A stretch of DNA of 34,652 bases, from positions 1 to 34,652 of the forward strand of contig CAYWKE010000005.1 in NCBI GenBank assembly GCA_964459075.1, in the 5' to 3' direction. Each line of letters starts with the position of its first letter. Position 1 is the stretch's first letter. Both the position numbers and the translations under genes were made by a program. This stretch comes from an uncultured Candidatus Saccharibacteria bacterium. Lineage in GTDB: Bacteria > Patescibacteriota > Minisyncoccia > Phycocordibacterales > UBA12088. The notes beneath the pieces are model-generated. The model did not search any database, was not told the DNA's origin, and was given only the letters and a program-made list of their open reading frames with translations. Positions 1 through 8,137 of this stretch are shown here, one piece after another.

Positions 1-476
1 AGTTCAATGCGGATATCTTCGAAGAGCCCAACAACATCCTCGATTTCGTGGGTGGTTACTACGGCATGACGCGAGCTGAGCGGAAGGCGCGTATCGATGA
101 GCTCGCTGACGCGTTCGATTTCGAGCCACACCGAAGGAAGAAGTTCCGGGAGCTCTCAGGTGGCTACAAGCGACGCGTAATCCTTGCGCGCGCAATGATG
201 CACGATCCTGATCTTCTCATACTGGACGAGCCAACGGCTGGGGTCGATGTGGAGACGCGGCGTGCGCTATGGAAGTACCTTCGCGAATTGAATGCGCGTG
301 GCAAGACCATAATCCTCACGAGCCACTACCTGGAGGAGGTCGAGGCGCTGTGTGATTCGGTCGCGGTCATTCACAAGGGGCGCATCGTACGCAACGCTAC
401 CAAAGATTCGTACGTTTCAGGCGGGCGAAAGCTCGAAGATGTGTACGTTTCGTTGACCGAAGAACCCATTTCCTAG
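1..476 (+). CDS. ABC transporter ATP-binding protein (YadG/ABC-2 type), 5'-truncated by the window edge
   Basis: Frame is open from position 3 (FNADIFEEPNNILDF...). Signature LSGGYKRR, Walker B LLILDEPTAGVD and H-loop LTSH are present. Confidence 0.92.
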   Translation, partial: FNADIFEEPNNILDFVGGYYGMTRAERKARIDELADAFDFEPHRRKKFRELSGGYKRRVILARAMMHDPDLLILDEPTAGVDVETRRALWKYLRELNARGKTIILTSHYLEEVEALCDSVAVIHKGRIVRNATKDSYVSGGRKLEDVYVSLTEEPIS

Positions 477-478
477 CT

Positions 479-1258
479 ATGTCAGATTTTCAACGCTCCA
501 TCGTCATCCCGCTCTACACACTTACGCATCAAGAGGTGAAGCGCTTCATGCGCGTGCCCTTGCAGGTCTTGGCCTCGCCGTGGATCAGTGCGCTCCTCTA
601 CATCTTCATCTTTGGGTACGTTATTGGCTCACAGATAGATGAGGTGAAGGGGATACCCTACATGGATTTCATCCTTCCTGGGCTCATGCTCATGCAGCTC
701 ATGACCGCGGCATTCATGGAGGGCTCATCCGGGCTCTACTTCAAGCGCTTCATCAAAACGATCGAGGAGGTCTTGGTCGCACCCATCCCCAACTGGATGG
801 TCATCGTGTCATTCCTGATAGCCGGTATCATTCGTGGGCTCATCGTTGCTGCCGGTATTTTGTGCGTTGCACTCTTCTTCTCCTCGACACCGCTCCACAA
901 TGTACCCTTGCTGCTCGGGTGGGCGAGCGCGGTCGCGGTCATCTTCACACTGTGGGGAATGCTTGTGGGGTTGTGGGCGAAGGGGTTTGAACAGCTCAAC
1001 GTATTCAACGTCTTCGTCATCATGCCGCTTACGTACCTCGGTGGGGTCTTCTACTCTATTGAGATGTTGCCTGAGCAAGCGCGATTGATCGTGCAGGTGA
1101 ATCCGTTCTTCTACTTCATCGACGGTATTCGCTACTCGATGGTGGGTGTATCAGAATCAAATCTCGTCTCCGGAGCACTCATCATTCTCGTGCTCAACGT
1201 GGTGCTGTTCGCGCTCGTGTGGTGGCTGTTCCGGATAGGGTACGGGATACGGGAGTAA
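479..1258 (+). CDS. ABC-2 type transporter permease (YadH-like)
   Basis: About 6 TM segments, motifs YMDFILPGL, EEVLVAP, GGVFYS and NPFFYFIDGIRY; lies directly after the ATPase. Confidence 0.9.
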   Translation: MSDFQRSIVIPLYTLTHQEVKRFMRVPLQVLASPWISALLYIFIFGYVIGSQIDEVKGIPYMDFILPGLMLMQLMTAAFMEGSSGLYFKRFIKTIEEVLVAPIPNWMVIVSFLIAGIIRGLIVAAGILCVALFFSSTPLHNVPLLLGWASAVAVIFTLWGMLVGLWAKGFEQLNVFNVFVIMPLTYLGGVFYSIEMLPEQARLIVQVNPFFYFIDGIRYSMVGVSESNLVSGALIILVLNVVLFALVWWLFRIGYGIRE

Positions 1259-1424
1259 GAGGGTAGCAATAAACGCAGCTTGACCTCCAACAAAAAAGTG
1301 GAGGCCTTGCAAAAATGAACGAGAGAAAGATAGCGGCAGGCTGACTGCCATGAAAGAACAAATAAAGTATAAATTGATTCTACTGATTCCTGCTGTCTTG
1401 GCAAGTGCTATACTAGGGTGACCT

Positions 1425-2081
1425 GTGGAAAAGTTTTTAGAGCGAATGTACCGGGTAGAAAAACTCCTCCAGAAACTCAAGGAGCTCTTTCCTGATGAGA
1501 ACCACACCATTTTGCGCTACGGGAACGATTGGGAGCTTCTGGTTGCGGTGCAGCTTTCGGCGCAGTGCACCGACGAGATGGTGAACAAGATCACCGACAA
1601 GCTCTTCAAGAAATATCGGACGCTTTCGGACTACGCGAACGTGACCCACGCTGAGTTCGCTGAGGACATTCGCTCCTCGGGCTACTACAATAACAAGGCG
1701 CGCAACATCATTGCCGCGGCGAAGCTCGTGCAAGAGAAGTTTGATGGGAAGCTCCCCCGCACCATGGAAGAGATGCTCACCATTCCCGGCGTGGCGCGCA
1801 AGACGGCAAATGTCGTTTTAGGGAACGCATTCGGCATCGTTGAGGGCATTGCGGTTGATACGCATGTGTTGCGCTTTGCGAAGCGCTTCAACCTCTCAGA
1901 CAAAAAGGACGCGGTGGGGGTCGAGCGCGATCTCATGGAGTTGCTTCCCAAAGATGAGTGGTACCTCTTCACCTACCGGGTCATCGCCTACGGAAGAACC
2001 ATTGGTCCCGCCAAGGGCTACGATCCGTCTAAAGATCCGCTCGCACAGGTATGTCCGCCACACGTCCTTGGATACCAGTAG
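1425..2081 (+). CDS. nth: Endonuclease III (HhH-GPD DNA glycosylase/AP lyase) lacking the 4Fe-4S motif; start may be ATG 1446
   Basis: LSAQCTD, HhH motif IPGVARKTANVVL with the catalytic Lys, and VDTH with the catalytic Asp. Confidence 0.92.
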   Translation: MEKFLERMYRVEKLLQKLKELFPDENHTILRYGNDWELLVAVQLSAQCTDEMVNKITDKLFKKYRTLSDYANVTHAEFAEDIRSSGYYNNKARNIIAAAKLVQEKFDGKLPRTMEEMLTIPGVARKTANVVLGNAFGIVEGIAVDTHVLRFAKRFNLSDKKDAVGVERDLMELLPKDEWYLFTYRVIAYGRTIGPAKGYDPSKDPLAQVCPPHVLGYQ

Positions 2082-2138
2082 TCTACAGGAAAGCATCCGA
2101 CCCTTGACAATCCAATTCTCCCAGTGGGTTCATCTCTC

Positions 2139-2176
2139 CGTGTCAAATTTTGCACGGTCGTGCAAAATTTGACACG
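2139..2176. repeat. Perfect inverted repeat, 18-bp arms, 2-nt loop (REP-like palindrome)
   Basis: CGTGTCAAATTTTGCACG-GT-CGTGCAAAATTTGACACG, read directly. Confidence 0.9.
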
Positions 2177-2257
2177 CTTTCTGTAGCCGAGTTCATTATC
2201 GGGCGTGGTGCTAAGACGAGCATGAAGTTAGGTGTGCACATCTGGTAGAATAGCGGC

Positions 2258-2944
2258 ATGGGTCGCCGATGCGCATTCTTTGATATTGATGGGACCGTGT
2301 TCCGTTCTAGCTTGCTTATCGAGTTGGTGAACTACTTCGTCGAGCAGGGGTTGTTCCCGCCCGAGGCGAAAGATCACTACCAGCGGCAGTTCATCGCGTG
2401 GCAGAACCGTCAGGGTTCGTACGAAGCGTACATCGATGCGGTCGTCGAGACCTTCATGACCCACATAAAGGGGCTGCACTACGGTGACCTTGTTGAGGCG
2501 GGCAAGGTCATCATGGCTGAGCATGGGAGGCATACGTATCGCTACACGCGAGATCTGACTATACAGCTGAAACGCGATGGCTACTACCTAGTCGCTATTT
2601 CGCAATCGCCGAAGACCGTGCTCGAAGAGTTTTGCAAAGGTCTTGGGTTCGATAAGGTGTACGGTCGCTTCTACGAATTAGGACCGTCGGATCGCTTTAC
2701 GGGCGAGGTCGGCGACCTCCACCTCATCGCAAACAAAGCGAACATCGTGCACCGGGTCATCGAGAAAGAGCACCTGACGTTCGCTGACTCGGTCGCGGTG
2801 GGCGACACCGAAGGAGACATCTCCATGCTCGAGCTCGTTGAGAATCCGATCTGCTTCAATCCGAACAAAGCGCTGTACGAATACGCAAAGCAGCAGGACT
2901 GGCGCATCGTCGTAGAGCGGAAGGATGTGATCTATGAGTTGTGA
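2258..2944 (+). CDS. HAD-superfamily IB phosphatase (SerB-like)
   Basis: Motif I FFDIDGT, motif II ISQS, Lys in ANK, motif IV GDTEGD. Confidence 0.88.
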   Translation: MGRRCAFFDIDGTVFRSSLLIELVNYFVEQGLFPPEAKDHYQRQFIAWQNRQGSYEAYIDAVVETFMTHIKGLHYGDLVEAGKVIMAEHGRHTYRYTRDLTIQLKRDGYYLVAISQSPKTVLEEFCKGLGFDKVYGRFYELGPSDRFTGEVGDLHLIANKANIVHRVIEKEHLTFADSVAVGDTEGDISMLELVENPICFNPNKALYEYAKQQDWRIVVERKDVIYEL

Positions 2945-2961
2945 CAGATCGCATTAAACCT

Positions 2962-3222
2962 ATGGAACACCGCAAACAACTCAAACGAAGCCGCACTGAC
3001 CGCATGATAGCGGGTGTGTGCGGAGGATTGGGCGAATACTTCGTAGTAGATAGCACCGCGGTACGACTTGCCTGCGTTGCGCTCACGGTCCTCACGGGGC
3101 TCGCTCCGGGCATTGTCATCTACATGCTCGCTATCTTCATTGTGCCTGCGGAGGATGCGGGACCGAAGGTCCGTGACGCAACGCCGGGTACGGGCTCGTG
3201 GCGTGAGTCGGGACGATGGTAA
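2962..3222 (+). CDS. PspC domain-containing membrane protein
   Basis: LKRSRTDRMIAGVCGGLGEYF...VRL signature followed by a TM helix. Confidence 0.88.
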   Translation: MEHRKQLKRSRTDRMIAGVCGGLGEYFVVDSTAVRLACVALTVLTGLAPGIVIYMLAIFIVPAEDAGPKVRDATPGTGSWRESGRW

Positions 3223-4076
3223 GTGAGCGGGAGAGAGATGTGTGGAGAAAGGGACGCGCCGCCTTCAGGCGGCGCGTCTGGACCTTCTACCGCACGCATC
3301 GACGTGACTTCCCCTGGCGCACACCTCACCTCAGGGAGCGGAAGGATGGCTCGATCGACCCGTACCGCATCCTCGTTTCTGAGATAATGCTCCAGCAGAC
3401 CCAGACCGCGCGGGTCGTTGAGAAGTACCGCGAATTCATCACACGCTTTCCAAGCCTGACATCGCTCGCCGAGGCCCCACTTGCAAATGTCCTTCGCGCC
3501 TGGCAAGGCCTCGGCTACAACCGCAGAGCGAAAGCGCTCCACGAGGCGGCAAAGGTGGTCGTGCGTGAGCATCGCGGCCGCATTCCCCGCTCGCGCGAGC
3601 AACTCCTCTCGCTCCCTGGCATCGGCCCCTACACCGCAACGTCAATCCGTGCCTTCGCCTTCAATGAGCCCGATCTCGCGCTTGAGACCAACATCCGCAC
3701 GGTTCTCCTCCACCACTTCTTTTCAGGTCGTGACCGAGTGGGAGATGATGAACTCCTCGCGTGTGCCGCAATCGTGTTCGACCTGCATCACCCGCGCGAG
3801 TGGTACACCGCACTCATGGACTACGGTGCCCACCTCAAGCGGCAGGGTATCAGGTTGAACGACCGCTCACCACACTACACGAAACAGGCAGCCTTCAAGG
3901 GGAGTGCGCGTGAGGTTCGCGGCGCCATTCTCGCACAGCTTGCTGCCACAGCTCGAACAGAGCGGCAGCTACGCACGCTCCCCTTTGCGCACACACGTAT
4001 CTTCGAGGCGCTCGAGAGCCTTGCGTGCGATGGGCTCATAGAACAACGGGGAAGGACGTGGCAGCTGTGCACTTAG
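3216..4076 (+). CDS. mutY: A/G-specific adenine glycosylase, short MutY-like form
   Basis: RDFPWR, PYRILVSEIMLQQT, WQGLGYNRRA and HhH LPGIGPYTA. No Fe-S cysteines and no C-terminal MutT-like domain. Confidence 0.85.
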   Translation: MVSERERDVWRKGRAAFRRRVWTFYRTHRRDFPWRTPHLRERKDGSIDPYRILVSEIMLQQTQTARVVEKYREFITRFPSLTSLAEAPLANVLRAWQGLGYNRRAKALHEAAKVVVREHRGRIPRSREQLLSLPGIGPYTATSIRAFAFNEPDLALETNIRTVLLHHFFSGRDRVGDDELLACAAIVFDLHHPREWYTALMDYGAHLKRQGIRLNDRSPHYTKQAAFKGSAREVRGAILAQLAATARTERQLRTLPFAHTRIFEALESLACDGLIEQRGRTWQLCT

Positions 4077-5284
4077 CGCGTATCCTGCAGTGGCAGCACG
4101 ATCAGCAGACCCACCAGCATGAACGCCCCGAAGAGGAGGAAGAGCGTAGGAAGCGAGACAACAAAGAGTGCGACCGAGGCCGAGACGGACCCCGCAAGGA
4201 AGGCGAGCGGGCGCAGCATACGAAAGATCGAGATGAGGTTCGTGTCTGAACCGTTGACCAATTTGAAGAAGTAGCTCTCTGTCGTAACTTCTACAAAACT
4301 CGCACCGACGCGATTGATGAAGAGGAGGGCGGCCCACGCCAACAGGGGCATCGCCGTGAAGGAGGGGATGAGCATGAGGGTGAGCGCGATGATGCCAATA
4401 CCGGTCATGAGTAGTTCTTTTTCACCGATGAAGTTGTCAGCGATCCAACCTGCAGGGTACTCAAAGATGACGTAGGCGGTCAGAGCGATCGCGAGGATGA
4501 TACCGAAGTCCTCCCACGTGAAGCCCAACTCCTGTACCAACAAGAGCGGCGTGTAGATGACGCTCCACGAGAAGAAGAGGCGCAGCAAGAATTGGGCGCA
4601 GAAAATGCGGCGTAGGTTGTGGTTCTTCCACAGCTCACCTACGGTATCACGCAGGTATAGTGGCCGGTAGGGCGGATCGCGAAAGTTCTGCGTCGCGTAG
4701 CCAAGGATGAACGTGAAGGGAATGAGGAAGAGTGAGGCCAGGAAGTAGACGCGCGTGTACTCCTCGCCGTCGCCCAGAATGAGAGCGAGCAGCAGTGGCG
4801 AGAGCACGGCTGCGATCGTCATTACCGTGAGGAATAAACCGCGCACGCTCCCGGTATCATCCTCTCCCTCCGCGTAGCTCTCCAGAAAGATATCCATGCA
4901 GTAGACCATCAACAGTGAGTTGAGCGAGACGAGTGCGTAGAGTGGAATGATGAGCCAGATGGCGCTTGCGGTGGCAAGCCCCAGAAGCACAAAGACCTGT
5001 GTGGTCGCCAGGAAGACCACGAGCCGGTGGTTGCCAAAGTAGCGCAGTACCGGGCCGATATAGTAGTAGGCAATGAGGCCAAGGATGGCGGCGAACGCGA
5101 AGATGAATCCCACGTACTGCGTGCCGACGAATCCCTCAAGGAACGAGGAGTGAATGTTATTGGTGAGGAAGAACTGGAACCCGTAGAGGAGATTCCCGGC
5201 GTAAAGGACCCCGTAGATCGCAGGACGGTGTCGTCTGCGCACGATGATGCGGCGACGTGTAAAGAGCCGGATGAGGACATCCAT
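4073..5284 (-). CDS. MFS transporter
   Basis: 403 aa with about 12 hydrophobic segments; AGWIADNFIGEK resembles MFS motif A. Confidence 0.82.
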   Translation of the reverse strand: MDVLIRLFTRRRIIVRRRHRPAIYGVLYAGNLLYGFQFFLTNNIHSSFLEGFVGTQYVGFIFAFAAILGLIAYYYIGPVLRYFGNHRLVVFLATTQVFVLLGLATASAIWLIIPLYALVSLNSLLMVYCMDIFLESYAEGEDDTGSVRGLFLTVMTIAAVLSPLLLALILGDGEEYTRVYFLASLFLIPFTFILGYATQNFRDPPYRPLYLRDTVGELWKNHNLRRIFCAQFLLRLFFSWSVIYTPLLLVQELGFTWEDFGIILAIALTAYVIFEYPAGWIADNFIGEKELLMTGIGIIALTLMLIPSFTAMPLLAWAALLFINRVGASFVEVTTESYFFKLVNGSDTNLISIFRMLRPLAFLAGSVSASVALFVVSLPTLFLLFGAFMLVGLLIVLPLQDTR

Positions 5285-5379
5285 GTTCCATCTATCCTAC
5301 CGCGTTGTGTCGCGTGGCCAAAAGAGGCTGTGCACAGTATGCTTATGAGACATTGATACAGAATGCTGTACCATACTAG

Positions 5380-6051
5380 ATGTTGGGGAACTGGTATTGT
5401 CAACTAAGAAACAAGGCGTATGGCAAGAAAGGGAATTCTAGGAAATTTCTTGATACAATTGATGGCGTGAAGGATGGAGCCGCAGAGCAACAACGTACGC
5501 CTTCAGGAGAAAACCTGAGCGAAGCTGGTCCGGACGAGGCTTTGGCACGAGCTGCCATTAAAGAGATGATGAGCGGCAGTGCAGGAGCTGAGATGTCTCA
5601 CTGGGTGAACAAGGTTGCTCGCGAGACCGGTGTTAGAGCAGAAGACGTTATTGCGTATGTTCAGGACTGCATTGCTCGGCAAACAGGTGATGAGAAAAAT
5701 TTGCGCAGCATCAATCCTGACTACCATGAAGGTCCATTGGGTACGCATGCAGAGATGATCCGTAGGATCGTGGGAGAGAGTGGTGAAGATCCATCTATAC
5801 ACCCTGAGAGCTTTTCCATGAGACTTCCTGATGATATTGCAGAGAAGGTGAATATTGCAACAACTCTCGAAAGAGTAGCTGCCGCGGTGGTCGGAATCGT
5901 CGATCGAGAACACATAAAAGAGTATGCCCGTGCCATGAAGAATAGGTCTCCTTCTGGCAACGTCGGTCTATCAGAAGGTGCAGCAGCTATTCCTGTTGAG
6001 GTCACTACAAAGATAGACGAACTACTTGCGGCATCCTCTCGCGCTGCGTGA
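5380..6051 (+). CDS. Hypothetical protein (start uncertain)
   Basis: 223-aa ORF filling the gap between MFS and rnj; visibly more A/T-rich than its neighbours; no recognised motif. Confidence 0.55.
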   Translation: MLGNWYCQLRNKAYGKKGNSRKFLDTIDGVKDGAAEQQRTPSGENLSEAGPDEALARAAIKEMMSGSAGAEMSHWVNKVARETGVRAEDVIAYVQDCIARQTGDEKNLRSINPDYHEGPLGTHAEMIRRIVGESGEDPSIHPESFSMRLPDDIAEKVNIATTLERVAAAVVGIVDREHIKEYARAMKNRSPSGNVGLSEGAAAIPVEVTTKIDELLAASSRAA

Positions 6052-6068
6052 TATTCGATGAAGTAGCG

Positions 6069-8090
6069 CTACACCCCGATCACGACCGGAATGACGATCG
6101 GGTGTTTGTGGGTCTTCTGGAGGAGGTAGTTGGCGAGGGTGTCGCCGAGGTTCTTGCGAATGAACTCGAAGTTGAGTGGGTTCATGTTGCGCGTTGAATC
6201 CTCGATGGTCTTCTTGGCGATGATGCGGGTCTCGGAGAGGAGGTCTTGGCTCTCACGCAGGTAGACAAAGCCGCGGCTGATGATGTCGGGCGACTTCTTC
6301 AAGCGGCCGGTTTTGGTGTTGAGGAGCGCGATGACGACGAACATGCCGTCCTCCGCGAGCGCCTGGCGATCTTTGAGGACCACTTCCTGCATGTCACCAA
6401 TGGCAAGACCATCGACCATGCGAATTGCTGACGGTGCTTTCACGTCGAGCTTGCGGAAGACCTTTCCGTGGTCAGCGACCTCGATGATCGAGGAATTGTC
6501 GGGAACGATGACGTTCTCGGGAGCCATGCCCAGCTCGAGCGCGAGGTCCTCATGCATGCGCAGGTTGAAGTGGCTGCCGTGAATAGGCATGAAGTACTGC
6601 GGTTTGACCTTGCGGTGAAGCCACTTGATCTCTTCGCGGTTGCCATGACCGGTCGAGTGGACGTAGACATCACTGGTACGGAACGAGATGATGTGCGCAC
6701 CTGCGCGGGCGATGTTGTCCTTGAGTCGCGCGACCGCACGTTCATTTCCAGGAACGATCGAAGCAGAGAGGAGCACGATGTCGCCCTTCTCGATGTGGAG
6801 GTTCTTGTGAGTCTTGTTGGCCATGCGCGAGAGGGCAGCGAATTCCTCACCTTGCGCACCGGTAGCAAGCACAACGATCTTGTCTTTGGGCATACCCGCG
6901 GCCTCGGCCGCTGAGACGAACATCTTGTCCGATACCTTGAGCATCCCGGCCTGTTTGGCTATCTCGATGTTGTTCTTCATCGAGCGGCCCTCAACGACGA
7001 TGCGCTTCTGGTACTTCTCGGCGCTGCCAACGATGGAGATCATGCGCTCCATCTGCGAGGCGAACGTACCGATGATGAGGCGACCGGTGGCTTCCTTGAT
7101 GAACGTGTCGAGGTTCTGGTGAACGAGCTTCTCAGGTGTCGACCAGCCTGGATTCTCGATGTTGGTCGAGTCGAGGAGCATGAGGAGGACCTTCAGATCG
7201 TCGAACACCTTGTAGTTCGCTTCCTCGCGCTCAGAAGGCACGCCGTCCTCGTGCTCGAGTTTGTAATCGGACGGTACGACGACCGCGCCGTCGGGGGTCT
7301 CGACGATGATGCCCAAGGAGTCGGGTATGGTGTGGGTCACCCCAAAGAAACGCACGGTCTGCTGGCCGACCTTGATGGTGTCGTTGGTCTCGACAACACG
7401 AATATCCAATGGTGGGATGTGGGGGAACTCGCTCTGGCGCTTCTTCACCATGATGGCGGTGAGGTTGCGTGTGTAGATCGGGGGCATGCCGATGCGGTCG
7501 ATGATGAAGGGGATGCCTCCGATGTGGTCGAGGTGACCGTGGGTGATGAACATCGCACGAACCCGGTCCTTGTTGTCCTCGAGGTACTTGGTATTGGGAA
7601 GGATGTAGTCGATACCGGGGGTCTCGACTTCCTTGAACTGGAAGCCGCAATCGGTGACAAGGATGTCGTTCCCGATCTCGATGGCGGTCATGTTGCGTCC
7701 GATCTCTTCAACGCCCCCCAAAGGAATTACGCGCACGACGCCTGGCGCGATGGCAGGGACAACGTCGTCCTTCTTCTGGGCGTTGCTTGCCATGGTGGAG
7801 CGTGTCGGCATTTTGCGCGGGGGCGCTGGACGACGCCCCTGACCCCCTGAGGAGCCACCTTTGACGAACTTACGTTCGTGGCTGTGAGGACGTCCCGTAG
7901 AGCTTCCGTGAGGACGACCTGACGAGGAGGTGCGACGTGCAGTGGGGCGCGGCGAGCCGCTGGCGTTCGCGGTGTTTCGACGTCCACTGCCTGCGGTACG
8001 CTTACGTGGTCCGCTGCGGCGCTGCGATGGGTCAAGTGGGCTGTATGAGCGCCTGCGTGGGCGCGCGCCCTGATTTTCTGCGGTAGACAT
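6069..8090 (-). CDS. rnj: Ribonuclease J with a long basic N-terminal extension
   Basis: IPLGGVEEIGRNM, MBL motif THGHLDHIG, GAQGEE, HSTGH, MPIHG and PDIISRGFVY. Confidence 0.96.
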   Translation of the reverse strand: MSTAENQGARPRRRSYSPLDPSQRRSGPRKRTAGSGRRNTANASGSPRPTARRTSSSGRPHGSSTGRPHSHERKFVKGGSSGGQGRRPAPPRKMPTRSTMASNAQKKDDVVPAIAPGVVRVIPLGGVEEIGRNMTAIEIGNDILVTDCGFQFKEVETPGIDYILPNTKYLEDNKDRVRAMFITHGHLDHIGGIPFIIDRIGMPPIYTRNLTAIMVKKRQSEFPHIPPLDIRVVETNDTIKVGQQTVRFFGVTHTIPDSLGIIVETPDGAVVVPSDYKLEHEDGVPSEREEANYKVFDDLKVLLMLLDSTNIENPGWSTPEKLVHQNLDTFIKEATGRLIIGTFASQMERMISIVGSAEKYQKRIVVEGRSMKNNIEIAKQAGMLKVSDKMFVSAAEAAGMPKDKIVVLATGAQGEEFAALSRMANKTHKNLHIEKGDIVLLSASIVPGNERAVARLKDNIARAGAHIISFRTSDVYVHSTGHGNREEIKWLHRKVKPQYFMPIHGSHFNLRMHEDLALELGMAPENVIVPDNSSIIEVADHGKVFRKLDVKAPSAIRMVDGLAIGDMQEVVLKDRQALAEDGMFVVIALLNTKTGRLKKSPDIISRGFVYLRESQDLLSETRIIAKKTIEDSTRNMNPLNFEFIRKNLGDTLANYLLQKTHKHPIVIPVVIGV

Positions 8091-8137
8091 GAATACGAGA
8101 TGTTAATGAAATAATAGGTGGTTACAAAGTAAGTTGG

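Noticed and set aside
1259-1424. Small RNA or riboswitch in the A-rich gap before nth
   Set aside because: Only two short hairpins and a -10 box (TATACT 1409-1414); no recognisable consensus.
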